A stretch of DNA of 61,671 nucleotides, counting the filler, from Choristocarpus tenellus KU-1152 (taxonomy: Eukaryota; Protista; Phaeophyceae): assembly GCA_964200185.2 (NCBI GenBank). It is 11 parts of 11 records of this genome, joined end to end, with 100 filler letters (N's around TTAATTAATTAA, not from the genome) between each part and the next. Parts side by side here need not be neighbours in the genome. Positions count along the whole stretch, not along the records: positions 12,487 to 22,625 come from CAXNAD020003131.1; positions 22,726 to 26,657 come from CAXNAD020017079.1; positions 26,758 to 31,919 come from CAXNAD020011660.1; 8 more parts are not named here. The stretch is one strand, 5' to 3'. Position numbers and translations under genes: made by a program. Within the stretch, counting starts at the first letter, position 1; the number at the start of each line of letters is the position of its first letter. The notes under the pieces are model-generated. The model made no database searches. It had not been told where the DNA came from and saw only the letters and a list, made by a program, of their open reading frames with translations. Positions 13,250 to 26,815 of the stretch are shown here, piece after piece.

Positions 13250-13480
13250 GTCGCCACCCACCCACTCTCTAAATCAAGAGGCGAAGCCATGCCAGAAGCA
13301 AAGACATTCACTACCATATAACTTCCTTTGAAATGTGTGGGGGTTGTTCAACTGCTGCCAGTGAGGTGGTGGAATTCATGGCTAGTGAACATAACGCATT
13401 TGCAGCAAATGCAGAGGCCTTCTGGAGGGCAACGGCCCTTCCAACAGCTGACTTGAGAGCAGGTTAAGATAACCTGAGCA
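13250..13480 (+). pseudogene. Possible decayed 3' end of a non-LTR retrotransposon (restriction-like endonuclease region)
   Basis: One frame reads RRSHARSKDIHYHITSFEMCGGCSTAASEVVEFMA, which resembles the K..KY...F.P.A.ET.G.....A..L motif of CRE/R2-type LINEs. The match is short and degenerate. Confidence 0.3.
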
Positions 13481-14608
13481 AGAGGAGGTGGAAAAGAACT
13501 TCATACTCTCCCACTTGGGAAATTCGGTATTCTCATCTTTGCTACTGTACAGACAGAAGGCTCAGTGCAAATGTTCTCAACAGCTAGGAACAATGAAATA
13601 TTGCCATACCAAAATAAAACAAGTTGGAGACCCAGATAATCTACAGCGTCTTGTATTCCTGCACAACACCTGACTGAAGAGGTTGTCAAGGATGGCAACA
13701 AAAAAGGTCATCAGTCCCATCGACAGTGTCTAGCTACAATTAAACAAAAAATGCAAACGCTCCTCCCGACAATTCTTCTGCCTTTCACGTAAAACCTTTA
13801 GTTATAAATGTATCTCTATGATACACCAAGGTCGTTCATTGAGCCTTCTGCCCCAGGTAATTTCCTCTAGTACGGCCTCTCATCAGCCGCATGACCTGCT
13901 TGCCTTTAGTAACTGCTTTGTGGGCCAAATTAAACCAAGAGGTTACCCAAGTTTGCACCTTAAGGGTGCTAAAAAAAGTACAAAATTCGCTTCTTTCAAG
14001 AAAAAATTACCTAAAGAATTTTTCCTAAAATTCTGTCAAAAAAAAATTCGAACTACAGAGAAATCAAGCTCTCAAGTCGAGCCGAGCACTTTTTGTAAAG
14101 ATATAAGAGGGTGAATCTAAAAAAAAAATAGTGGGAAAAGGTGTCTCAAAAATGAGAAAAACGGCAAAAACCTCATATGCTTCAGCTCGGTGCAAGTCAC
14201 ACTCAGTTTCACACACCAAACAATTTGTGTACGATTTGAACACAATCAAGTACAGGACTATATTTCACACTATTGGGGGCCAAGCCAGCGCATTCTTCCT
14301 AACCACGATAACACTACGTACATAGTACACATAGTGCACAGAGACAACAACCACAACAAATCGAGGGCACCTTGTGTGCCTCGTGCCCTTCGCAAACAAA
14401 AAAAACGAAACACCACATAGTCCTGTAGAGAGTACTAGATGGAAGTGTACACATGGATCTCAAGGTTCGATGGGTGGAAGAAAAGAACAGTATGGTTAGG
14501 GTTGAGGTTAGGGCACTTCCCGGGCTAGATGTTGTTGTGTATCAGAACGCCTGCTTTAGAGGCAACAGATCTCAATTCGACCTCTCATCACACAACTGAA
14601 ATTTGATT

Positions 14609-17600
14609 TCAACGCACTGCTTTTGACCTCTTCCATGCACTATTCTGTGGTCCATCAACCCAGGGCCTTTTACTGTGTCTTTTAGTCTCCGGTACGCCAT
14701 CACCACTGCAAACCCTGTCAAGCGTGTTACTCCCCATTGTTGCTTTTGACAGTTTAACCTGCCAGGTATCGATGTACTTCCGAAGGAAGTCAGCGGCCTC
14801 CACACGTCCCTACACACACATGTGCGAAGACAAGACAAGACAAGACAAGGGGGTGAGGGGGTGAGAGTGAGGTCTGATAGCTTTGGCCCAAATGCATGCA
14901 CTCGAGTACCAACTATAGAGATTTGTATGTCCAAGGTGAGAAGACAGCATCAAATTAATGTGTTGGAGGAGGAAGGAAAGTGGGCGTTCTGAGCAAGGAC
15001 CTGCTCGCACAAAGGACAACACACGCACGCACGCACGCGCACACACACACACAAAATGGTCTGTGTAGTGAAGATAGATACTTGTAAATGGTACAAGACA
15101 CTTGCTGCGCTCACCATGCAGTAGGACACTCCATCACAAACACATTTCTATAGCTACAGTGAAAAGGGGTAGTATCAAGAACATAACCAGGAATACACGA
15201 GTATTCTAACCCTAAGGCTGTACGGCAGCAGACTATCTGAGCCTTGGATCACTGGATGCGACCATCCCACACCCACACAGATAAACAGCCCACGCTCTAA
15301 GCACTCCAATACACCTGCAATCATTTAAAATGATGTCCAGAGTGTGGCTCAAGTTGCAAGGTTAAAACTGCTAGCTGTGATGCAAGGACACACATGACAT
15401 CAAATCATGCAGGACATGCCTGCCCTCCACACCCTTTGCTGCATAGACTTCTTTGCATGGTCCGTAGGCGGATGGTGGAAGTGTGAGGAACGAATCGCAT
15501 TGAGGCTTATCGGAGTACAGGGTCACCGGAATGGTCTTGGACCGGACTTCGACTGTTGCCGGCTCTGAATGAGACAGTGTTATGAGTGATCGGCACCCAC
15601 TGCGGATCACAGACTCGATCCCAAAACTTCCAAATGAGCCTCCAAAGCTGACTATCACGCTGTTACTGTTACTGGGCAAGGCTGGCGAGTGATTGTCTAG
15701 GGTGTCCAACTCCTTACGACTTCCCCCTGAACATAAGCCGTGTATCTAATCTACACAAGCTACAACCTGTTATCAGCACACTGGCAAGGCTGGAAAAAGG
15801 ATCAGAGATTCAAGGGAAGACCAGGAGACCCTTTGGTTTTAAAGGTGGGATAGTCCAACAAGACTGTACCCAGCCTATATATGTATGTATATATGTATAT
15901 ATTTTGAGAAATCCTATTGTCAAGAGCAAGACAAGTCCCCATGGGTAATTATCGCTCTTCAGAGCAAGCGCACATACACAACAAGGTTTACGAAGAAGAT
16001 AAGACCACAATTGACTACTTAAGTCCACCCACCTGGCGCTCCGCCCATTGCAGAGGTGTCAATGGTCCGGCACGCTGCGAGTAGCCTAAAACCCAAGGGT
16101 CTCCCCCAGCAGCAAGCAGTTGCTTCATTAGAGCAACATCGCCCCGCCATGCTAGTAGGAGGCAGCCGAGTTGAGTGAGTTGGGGATTGGGAACAGGTGT
16201 CAGAGTAGATATGCTTGCAGTGTGGTTGGAGTTGCATCAGCTCTGCAAGGTGAGTGTTTTTGGACAGGGGGGAAGGGGAAATAGGGGGTGGATCAAGGCA
16301 GAAACGTTCACCACTTCAACATCCGCTCAAGAGCAACTTGGGCAATATTAGCACAGAATACTGACCCACATCCTTTCAAAAGTGCATTGATGCTGCACAG
16401 CACAAGTGAATCACTTTCAAGGCAACAAGAACAAACATTTGCCTACATGCAAGGTTTGTTTTCTTTCCAATGATTGAGAGAGGGTTGTGGCGGATATGCA
16501 CCATGGCAAGCCTACTAGCATAGCATCTACGTTCCTGCAACAAAGGCCAAGATGCAAAACACTCACCAGCATTGAGCAATGGTGTGAAGCCACCGTCGTC
16601 TGGTACATCAACCCCTGCACCCAGCACCCAGATCAGATATGTAGCCACCTTCCTGCATCCACAGCGTGCTGATGTGTGCAGGGAGGGGAGGGGGGGTGGG
16701 GGAGGAAGGAGTTGGAACTGTGATAATAAAGCAAATCCAAGCTGCAACTAATGGTTCACAAGTAGGTGAAGAGAGAGAGAGAGAGAGAGAGAGAAATGTA
16801 AGAGGTATTTTCTGTTACAGTAGGGTACTAATGTTGAGGTGGGTTACACATGCCTGAGAGAGGTTGGGGGGAGGGGGGAGCATGCTGAGTGAATTTATAT
16901 GCGATATTGACCACAGTTGGTCTGAATCAGTCAACTCGAGATCTATTACTCTTCTCACTCATTGTGCATTCTTTAGTCTTGTCTCGCTCCACTCTACATA
17001 AGTGAACCTCACAAATTCAGCTCTATAACCCTTTCAAAAGTATTAGAGGAGTCCCATAGTCCACAACACCAAAGAGAAGTGTTGACATGTGTGCTTTACC
17101 TCCCACCTTCACCTGCAAAGTTGAGTATTGTGTTGCCCTCCCAGATCCCATGTCTGTGATCAACATTGAAACACCAGTGAGAGCGTTTTTGTGGTGTGGC
17201 AATATTGGGGGAGGGGGATGTAGGAATGGGCGGCGAAGATGGCATTTGCATTGGAGGCGCACTGGAAGGGCCCCAACGAGAGCGTAGGATCTTTCTGAGG
17301 CGGAGCACAGAATCCTGCCTTCGGAAGAGGTGATACACCTCTGAGACTGTGGCATCATGGCGAATCCTAGAGGTTTTTGACGAAACAGGTGAGCATTGTG
17401 CAGGGAAAATAATGAGCTGGAGGGACTTGGCAGTACAGGGGAGGGGGGGAAGGGGTAGTAAATTGGAGATACAGGGGAAAAATAGGGTGATGCTTCGGGT
17501 AGGATGGAAATAGGGACCACAGAGATCGGGAGAAGTGTAGAAACTTGAAATACACCTGGAGGCATTTGTCGTTGCTAGGGGAAATCGTGAGAAACAAGAT

Positions 17601-18514
17601 GCCCCCGAAATCAGATTCACAATGTGATAAATTAATATTTACTGCAAAGTGCGTGACAGTGGGATGTGTTCCGCAATTATTAAGATTGGTCGCTTGACTC
17701 GACAAACTTTATTCACCTTGAGATGCACTGGTCAATTTAATGGGCGGCATTTGACCAAAGCCTACTGGTTCTGGCGAAGTTCTTGTCTTATCACTAGACA
17801 AAAGACAACCCCAAAGAGGCTGTGGCGCCCGAATAAAGGGATACATGGTGACAGCAAACTGGTAAACGGAGCACACTAGGTATTATTGTGGAGCAAAATA
17901 TAACAAAGTAGGCATACCTGCATGACTTACTAAGTCCTTTCAATTCATTCCCAAAAACATCAAAGATGTCACAATGCACTGCGCGTACTTAAAAATGAAG
18001 TCACCCAAGTCACTTCGATCTGGCGCTTGTCATCACATTGGCAGGAGGTAACACCTACTAACAAATATTTTATATTCTTCTCACCTGTATGCCTTCGTGG
18101 CGAGAGCATAAGCCCGCAGAAAAGTCCTCTTGGCGTTGGTAGAGGACCTGTAAATGAACGGCAATTGGACAACTGTAGTTGTACTTGGGTCGTGGCATTG
18201 TGGCGTGAACATTTATATGGGGCCATCTAAAGTAAGCCAACCTCTCGACCCCATCAATAATATGTCCATACAAACACCAACCTTGTCACCCTTCCCTTTC
18301 CTGGAGTGAGCGATGCAGGCATGTCGACCTCAAAATGTTTCGCGAGAGCTTGCCATACCTGGGTCCGATTTCCGTTGATATCCCAGCTCCGACTCACACT
18401 CAAGACCTCAACAATACTTGCAACATCACCATATGAGAGAATAATCGCCAAGGCTCCGTCTGGGAAATGTGACAGACAAAAATGTTGGCCATGCCAACCC
18501 GTACCTTCACACAT
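14609..18514 (-). CDS. F-box / ankyrin-repeat protein; 6 exons, about 323 aa
   Basis: Exons 18514-18282, 18147-18085, 17366-17113, 16668-16567, 16151-16033 and 14809-14609 are GT-AG and phase-consistent (972 nt). F-box-like: LSHFPDGALAIILSYGDVASIVEVLSVSRSW. Ankyrin-like: GNTILNFAARCG, GAGVDVPDDGGFTPLLNAAWRGDVALMKQLLAAGGDP and TPLQWAERQGRVEAADFL. The start codon is a best guess. Confidence 0.82.
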
Positions 18515-18739
18515 GGACACTACTGCTGGCGGATAGCAGTAGTTCGTGCAAGGAGTGTGAAAGTGTAAGGTGTATGTGTAGAGTAGATTCCAAATTACTC
18601 CGTTCAACACTACTTTCGGCATCTGTCACAAATCAGAAAGAAAGAACCGTTTCTTTGAAGTTGGTGAATACATAATACATAGAACAAATAACGAACCAGG
18701 AATTGAGGAATCACGGGATTATTATTACATATTATTGAT

Positions 18740-19330
18740 TCCAACAAATAATTAATTTAGGGGTGACATATATCAAGAGAGATCACGTGAATTGGATTGG
18801 ATATACCAACGCGTTTATTGAGCACTCCATCCATATTTTGTTGAATTGTTGTTATTTTCTATACTTAGAGTTAGGGCAATAATTGAATCATGTTTTCATA
18901 GAAAATTACGGAGGTTAGGGTTGGAACAGTTAATAGGAGTGGGTTACCCTGATCAAGGAGAGTACAACCATCCATCCAAAACAATATCCTTCTAAAACAA
19001 CATAAACAACAATACAATATATATATTTTTTTTCATTCTTACAGTGTTTTATAGTGTTTTCACATTTATGATATTTTATTTCTTTAGGGCTTATACTGAC
19101 CCATAATAATATATGTATAATCACGCTACATTCCGTCACATGTTGTCTCAATCAAATCCATTTATGGGGCACACAAAAGTAAATAATGCTCGACACTTAG
19201 ATATGGTGATTTTCACATCATCAATCACATACAAAAAAATTATGAGAATTCCCAGATCATTTACCATTTACAGTCACAATGATATGACGTCAGCCACTAG
19301 ATCCGAGATTCAACTCAGGTATATCCCAAG
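18740..19330 (+). pseudogene. Highly decayed Ty1/copia RT-RNase H relic
   Basis: INLGVTYIKRDHVNWIGYTNA resembles the copia DLGLTY...GYSDAD motif, and NP...NNARHLDM resembles NP..H.RTKHID. AT-rich with many stops. Confidence 0.35.
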
Positions 19331-19922
19331 AAATTGATGACTGTGGAGTTTTTGAGTTTTGCTGAAGCAACCCCTTTCGACCTTGTGTTTTTTTCCACCC
19401 CCTAAGACTGATTGGACCCTGCCCCACCACACAATATATGACGTGTAGTTTGCACCATGTACCATGTATTATTGATGTGTGTGGATATCATATGGCTGAA
19501 GGTCTTTATAGATAGCCCTCAAACACGCCCAAATCGTTTTTTTGATACATACCTTCAAAAAAAAAGCTTTCATTATTCAAGAGACTGGGTGTTGCTGAAA
19601 GAATTCCTAGCATGTGGCAGGTGTGTCCACACTCAGGCAGGAGTCAAAGGACCTGATTGTTATCAATTGTCCACACTACACCCCAGTGCAAAGTTGGGGA
19701 GGGGTCTGTGTCATGTATTGCACCGTATGCCCTTTATTAGGGTTCAACTAGGTCGCTTAGCAATCCCTATGTCATGCAAGGTGGGCGAGTGGTCAGCTGT
19801 GATTCCTGTAGGACCTTGACTGTCTGCCCTGCCCTAAAATCTGACGTGAATGGTAGTTAGACATGACATCATTAGTTTGTTAGCATTTTTAAAACCGACC
19901 CTCTTGATTTTCTTGCAAACTA

Positions 19923-20180
19923 GAGTTAAAGTATCTTAGAGGGTAGAGTCGCGTCCATTTAGAGGCGAAAATCCAATATTGCAATTTTGATGTAATTTTG
20001 GCAATCATGTTTGTTAGGAGATGTCAATATCCTTGTTCTGGGCACACCTTTTCATAATATTTAAATTTTACCCACTTCGAAACATTTTGGAGTAGGAAAA
20101 ATGTCATTAAAAACCGCGGGAAGCCAAGTCCCAAATAGACAAACGAGGAAAAGCTCGTACCCTCTAAGATAATTTCACTC
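19923..20180 (+). mobile_element. MITE family A
   Basis: Both TIRs present; TSD ACTA (4 bp). Confidence 0.92.
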
Positions 20181-20919
20181 ACTAGCAAATTGCACTCATG
20201 ATATTGGCAGGCAGGTGATAGCGCTCTCGTTTATACTTAACAAGTCGATTCAGATTTTCCTGTTCTTTGGAACTAGCACATATGTCTTGTTGTAATTGGC
20301 AGATTAGCACGGGCAGACACAACTGTAATCGGTAGTTAGCAACTCGTACTCCTCCTACCTTTACTTTATCAGGTCAGCAAATAAATACATACTTGTTTCT
20401 CTTTGGCCACCTGCAAATGAACCTCTTGACCTACTTGTAGCTAATGGTACTCTTGAAATTTATTCAACAGTTAGCAACTGGCACTTAGTACGGCATTTAG
20501 CACATGGTATGTTGCTCTTACTTGCCATATCCAGACCCTCCCACGCACCCCACTTTACCGAACTGACTCTCTTGTTCAAGTTTGTGGCGAGTTAGGTTAT
20601 GAAGCAATGGCAAAAAGAAAAGCTACATATATTTTTAATTATAGTCAGGTAAACTTAGGCTATCTGTTCATGGTCAAAGGGTCTTTTTGCTCTGTAGTAA
20701 TCTCGACGGACTAGGCCTAGATTGATTGGTGTGTAGTCGGGATGTTACTAGTTGGTTGGCATCAAGGGTTTGGCGTAGGGTGACAGGGTAGTTTAGAATT
20801 ACTCGAAGTTCTTGTAGATGCAGCTGATATTGCTGTCCGCATCTTATTGAGGGTGCTTACTTCCTTAGTAAAGCCATATCTTATCTCCTACAATCAATCC
20901 CCCAGGTGAGAGGAATTTA

Positions 20920-21442
20920 TGTTACAGCGTGCCCTCAGAACTCACCTCCACAGGATATGCAACTCAAGTCCAACGACCTTAAAACGACACTATGGGAATG
21001 TTGCCCTTGATAACAGTTTGTAGGGTGTCAGGTATCATTCTCTCTTGATATTCCACTCAGTGCTTAGCTCAAAGCTCGACTCAAAGTTTCGTTCAAGATA
21101 AAAGTAAGGACTGAAGGTAAGCGGGGTGATGGTTTTGACCAAAAGCCCTCTTATTATTTTCATCATCCACCCAATTTCTTTGGTCTTCTATGCAACTGCT
21201 CTACACGTACTTTAATTATGAACCTTTATTCTGCAACTTCTTAGGGACTCTGACATTTTCTTCTGTAATGCTACGTATGCATTCCGAATCTTACTCTGTA
21301 TCTTCTATGAAATCATCATCTTTTCTGCAAGGCTACCTTTGTGTTACTAATATCTTACATTGTTCGCACTTGTTAGAACGCGAAAAGCAATCCTCGAACT
21401 ATACGTCATGGGAAGAAATGCTCGGGCTATTCGTCTGTAACA
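20920..21442. mobile_element. Solo-LTR-like repeat (second family)
   Basis: TGTTACA...TGTAACA termini; reverse-complement homologue of 8780-9265. Flanks are TTTA/TGTA. Confidence 0.65.
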
Positions 21443-21799
21443 TGTACTCTTGAGCCATATAAATGCCACATCTGAATCTGTCTGCTCGTAGGTGAAACGA
21501 CATTTTCTACAATACGATTTAAACACTTTTATTATGCAGCTCAAGCCTAAGGCTGTTCAGAATGTAATCATGCTCTGGAGCCGTGCAAGGGCATGGTCAA
21601 AGTTAAGGGCTTCATTGGTTAACTGTGCTCTGAAGGAGGACATGTCCCATGCATACTGTAAGGATGGGAGGGGGCCAGATGGGCAAGTCATGGTTGAATA
21701 CACAAGTTTGTGACCTTCGTAAGTAAAAAAATAAAGGTTGGATTATGCATATCAGCGACCTTAGCATGGTAGGGTTAAACACGTTTGTTCGCAACCCTA

Positions 21800-22473
21800 G
21801 TGAGGCAAGGAAAAAGATAGGACGTGCGTACCCGTGACGTAAGCTTATCAGGGTTGAATGCGTGTGTTTGCAACCCTAGCAATGCAAGGTCAAAGTAGGT
21901 TGGACGCTCGTGCCCATTACCTACTCGTGTCAGAGTTGAACGCACGTATTCACAGAATCAGCAGGGGCAAGGCCAAAAATGATTGGACGAGCGTGTCTGT
22001 AACCGTAGGATACGGAAAATATTGCTTCCAATGTTCCGTAGCCCTTGACCTCCACGAATTTTCCTTTGGCGAGCTCCCCTCCTGTGTCCAACACTGGCTT
22101 GGAATTGATTGTGTCGCTTGCATTTGGCATCACCATGTGACTTCTCACCCCTTAGTTCAAAGTCCATTTAGTCCAGTCGCCCACCGCACCTGAAGAAGTG
22201 GTGGTCACCATCAGAACCCCCATGTGGTTTTGACCGGGGGTCTTATCATTGTTTTCACCTCTGATTAGACTTGTTTCGACAGTCCTTGGCGAAATGTTCC
22301 CTCTTGTTACAAATGAAGTATCTTCTTCCGACTTCTTTGTTTATGGTTGCCTTGTGATTTTTCTCCCAAGGCAGCCCCTTGCCTTGTGCCCCCCCACTTG
22401 CCATAAGATGCACATTCTCCCATAAATTCTCCTTTTCTTGACCTTGCACTACTTTGTCATGTAGTGGTACCAC
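21800..22473 (-). pseudogene. Decayed Ty1/copia gag-protease fragment
   Basis: Degenerate zinc knuckle (Y)FICNKREHFAKDC, followed by WTLN*GVRSHM (compare WxLDSGAxxHM) and VEVKGYGTL. Contains frameshifts and stops. Confidence 0.7.
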
Positions 22474-22573
22474 TAATTATATTGTTGATTTCTCTATTAT
22501 TTTTAACTTCGACCAAATTCAGAAAATCCCCCCTACCCATTTGTAAAAATCGTCATATTTTGCATGTATTCTT

Positions 22574-22928
22574 GGCCCAAAGTATCTGGGAGGTGGGGGG
22601 TGGGTCTAGACCAGGGGGTCCATTTNNNNNNNNNNNNNNNNNNNNNNNNNNNNNNNNNNNNNNNNNNNNTTAATTAATTAANNNNNNNNNNNNNNNNNNN
22701 NNNNNNNNNNNNNNNNNNNNNNNNNGCCGCTGCGAGGGGGGGGGGTTGGGGGGGGGGGGGGGGGGGGGGGCGGGGGGGTCTACACGAAGGTGTCCATTTG
22801 GACCAAAATCGGGAAATGTGCATTTGCATTATCCATCCGACGTATGGCAACCAAATCACCCTAAAATCACGATATGAAAAAATTGACCCCAACTGGACAG
22901 CAAAACCCCCTCCCAGATACTTTGAGCC
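22574..22928 (-). mobile_element. MITE family B pieces on both sides of a linker (22574-22625 and about 22735-22928)
   Basis: GGCCCAAAGTATCTGGG start, G-run, and CCAGATACTTTGAGCC end. Confidence 0.8.
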
Positions 22929-23396
22929 ACCTGCCTACCCTTAATTGATGGGACTTTGTTAGGGAATTGACCTCCAGTCCGAACTTGCGTGGCATTTTCG
23001 TTTTCGTGATGTGACACTTTTCCGCTGAGAATCTTTGGCAACAGTATCGTCATACTCCCTCAATGTCACTACATTATGAACCCTACAAATGTCTGCAATG
23101 TTTAACTTAAGGCTACTCTCAATACATGTTCTGGAGTTCTCTCCAAGAAGGTACCTCACATGATCAAGGCATGTCTTCACAAGTTACACCATATCCTACA
23201 CACGATTCCGCAACAACTTTCTATAATTATCACTGCACAGAAGAAAAAATAGTCTCCACGTGGATATATATATATCAAAACATTTTTTCCTGCCCCACTG
23301 TAAACTACTTCCATATGAAGAAAACCACACCTGATAACAAGTCAACACTGACATAGTGTCGGCTAACACTTGCAGTAAACACATAGCCATGCGATC

Positions 23397-25672
23397 CTAC
23401 TGAATATTCACATTCCATCGAACGAGAAGCTCAGGCGAAAGCCGTGAGCGCATGATCTCATCCATTTTTTGAAGGGTTTGGGGATTAAGCTCTTCGGTAA
23501 AGGGTGTCAGGACGTGCTTATTACCCAACTTCCCCCCTACGTGCAAATCAAACTCCTGCTGAGGAGCATCAATGCAGTCCTGGATGACAATTTCCGGCAA
23601 GTTCATACCAAAGAAGCTGATAATTTGGTGGAAGAACGTTGATTGATCAGAGAGTACATCTTCATAGAACAAAATTAGCGATTCTGATCGAAGAACTGTC
23701 CCAAATAGTATGTTCCTGACCATTGTCCTTTGGCAGTAGTTGGACAGCAGACTGAGATCATACGAATTTAGCTCGACTTGTGAATCTATCCAGTTCTGGC
23801 TTCTTCCCATGAAGTACAGACTTGTTGCTGCTGCTCGAGGATCACGAATTATGGCCAACTGGGAGCTCCTGTCCACAACGCTGCAACCACCTTTGCCAAG
23901 GGATTCATCCAAGCACGCCAAGAATTTATTTTTGTCCTCTGATATGGTCACATCAGTGACGTCAGGGCATGGATAGCTCGAAGGTTCTGTTCTTGCAGAT
24001 GCGAACCCAGACCAGTAGGTCATGCTGCAATCCAGTCCAAGAGGGAGATCATGCTTATTAAGTCCCACCAAACGTATTTTAACCCTGTATCAAGGTCATG
24101 CACAGGGTCAGAAGTACACACTTGAGGAAATAGCGGTAGAGAATTCAAGCAGTTCATATGTTGTGCTTGCATGTGCCTAGTTGGACCTGTATAGTTGAGG
24201 TGACATGTGAGGTTGAAGCTTGGATAACAAGAAATAATGGAGATGTCACACACAACGTTTTCTAATGGGTAATGATGCACCTGGGTGGGAATCAACATTA
24301 CAGAAACATACAACCGGACAATAAAGTGTGATACTCTTCAAAATGATATAATCTCAGTTCTTTCATGTAGCTTTTGCCCTTGAAAATGAGGGCATTTTGC
24401 GATATTTTTAACCAAGATATATCAGGGTTGTGCAGCATAAAACACCAAGACGCGTGCGCAGAATGTCTCTAGTCGCCAATTCTGGCGCTACACGATAATA
24501 ATTTTTCCACTAGGAGCTGTGTGCCAAAGTGATATCATGTCTGTCAACGCCTTGCTGTTTGTAGTCGTCACCTAGATATATTTCTGTGATAACCTGTAAG
24601 CTTGGAAATCTGTTCGATTCATCTCAACTTCAAAACTCTTCATAAATTAGAAAGAATGTAACCTAGATGACCCAGATTTGTGTTGAGATGATACGTTGCC
24701 TCAAAGCAGGTGTTACCTGTGAACTATTGGAGTTGAATGCAATCAGCAAGTTATGCCATGGTATATTGTGAGGTATTTTGCTGGTGCAACTTCTTACTTG
24801 AAGAACGGCGGCAACAGAAGACAATGCATGGATAGCAACATCTACACAAATGCAGTGGTAAGAAAGTGTGGGTCACATTTCACAGTGTATATTTGCCCTG
24901 GATCCCCCTTTACCTCTTACCCACATTTCCTCAATATTTGAGGCTTAGACCCAAAGTATCTGAGGGGGGGGGGTCTACACCAAGGTGTCCATTAGACCCC
25001 AAATCAGAAAACGTGCACTTACATCATCCATCCGACGTATACAACCGAATCACACAAAAATCGCGACATGATAAAATTGACCCCAAATGGACAGCCATCT
25101 CTCCATCCAGATACTTTGAGCCTCATCAAGATTGGATGGTTACAATTTGTTTATGTAAGGTCCTACAACTATTGTTGTTGTAAAAAATACGTGTCATTGC
25201 CAACTTCTGTCACCAACATGAATACAGGGCTACAATATTTATGGCTAAGAGTCATGACATGGACAGGCAGATTGCAGTTCTCAACCCCATTTGGTAAAAG
25301 ATCTGGCAATCGACTGATGCTTTTGTACATACCTCTTCACCGAAGAACAAGGACAGGGAGCTTCTTTGCCATTACTCGGTATGAAGACCAATGTTGAGGC
25401 AAGAAAACCCTTGTTCACATTTTCGAATGTGCAGCTATTTGCCCCGTAGATATCATTGAGAAATCCACAAATAATCGTCAAGCTGTGTACAGAAGATGAG
25501 TAAAGAAAGCCTGTCCCACTCTTTGGCTCACCCCTAAGCTGAATATTCCTCTCAAGCACTCCATCACTTGATGTAGGGAAAATCGCTTCACATGGGCTGC
25601 ATATCTCATTATACCCACCCCAATCTCTTCCAGGTCTTGGGGAGTTTATATCCGCATCAACAGGATGAACTC
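23397..25672 (-). CDS. Sulfotransferase-like protein (PAPS-binding motifs), spliced; the N-terminal exon(s) may extend to about 26540
   Basis: 5'-PSB-like RGEPKSGTGF in the exon ending at 25333, which splices in phase to exon 24084-23397. That exon carries the 3'-PB-like IIRDPRAAATSLYF and LILFYEDV...IISFFG motifs. A MITE-B copy lies in the intron. Confidence 0.8.
24948..25122 (-). mobile_element. MITE family B, complete, intronic
   Basis: GACCCAAAGTATCTGAGGGG ... CCAGATACTTTGAGCC; flanks TTA/TCA. Confidence 0.9.
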
Positions 25673-26757
25673 CTGCGGATAGTGCAATTTAGGGGCGTTT
25701 GGGGTGTAGGCATCAATGAGGTGGGGTAAAGGAATCTTGTGAAGTATCACTGATATTATAAATGATTAAAAAAATTAATGAGAATATTCTGTTTGCAATA
25801 TTATCTCTGATGCGGGATATAGAATGAAAAACAGATGGTGAACTGTGATCATTCTGTTCGCACTTATTTGGTCATGGGTGGAATTGCATCAACTTCACGT
25901 GGAGCAACGGATTTAAGCCTTGAGCATGTCAGAACTTGGTGAAAATAAATTATGACACAACCCACGCTTTTATTTCTACCCCAGGACCCCAAGATGTTGT
26001 GTTTGCGTACCCCTGTGACACAATCAGTTGTACCCGAAACTATGAAACCCGTATCACGATAGGTTAGACAGCAAGAGTCGTGAAGTGATGTACATAACGA
26101 TGACACTGACAGAATACTTCGAAGTACACTTGAACAATTTTCTGCTGTAGCCAGACACCACAGTTGGATGATGACAAAATGTATCTAGTTCATCCTCAAC
26201 CAACGCTGCTGGATTACGCCACAACTGCATACACGTCCACTAATCGTAGTAGGAGATAATCGCCAGAGAGAGCCCTATGCCTCGCTTAATGGCATCAGAA
26301 ATCACAAGTACTCATGCAAGGAAGGATATGCGAATCGCGCTCAGTTCTTCAGATTGCGACTGAGTGTGGCAATGTTTCTGTACGTGGCGGAGAGGTGTTA
26401 AGAGAAGTTTGGGGCGGCAGATGGGCATCATGGATCCATATTGCAAGGTTTTTCTCTTCCATTTCAATTACCTCTCGCATAGTAGGATCATGTGGTGAAG
26501 AACAGAGTCCCATAATAATCGAAAGCACTACAGTTTCCAAACACGATGACTGTAGGGCAGAGTTAATTTCAGTGTAGAAGCCAACACATACGCATTAGTT
26601 GACTCATTCTTATAATCCATACCTCGTTGCGTAACTATCGGACTACCGCATACCCTGNNNNNNNNNNNNNNNNNNNNNNNNNNNNNNNNNNNNNNNNNNN
26701 NTTAATTAATTAANNNNNNNNNNNNNNNNNNNNNNNNNNNNNNNNNNNNNNNNNNNN

Positions 26758-26815
26758 ACATGAAAAAATTGACCCCAAATGGACAGCCGCCACCCCCTCC
26801 CAGATACTTTGAGCC
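26758..26815 (-). mobile_element. MITE family B, partial (contig edge)
   Basis: CCCCAAATGGACAGCCGCCACCCCCTCCCAGATACTTTGAGCC. Confidence 0.85.

Noticed and set aside
14495-14513. GGTTAGGG tracts as true telomere or chromosome-fusion marks
   Set aside because: They are only 2-3 degenerate units and are scattered (also near 18912 and 46371), too short to interpret.
15371-15709. 112-aa ORF inside the last intron of the F-box/ankyrin gene as an extra exon
   Set aside because: The nearest acceptor is out of phase (immediate stop), and the flanking exons already join into a continuous ankyrin repeat.
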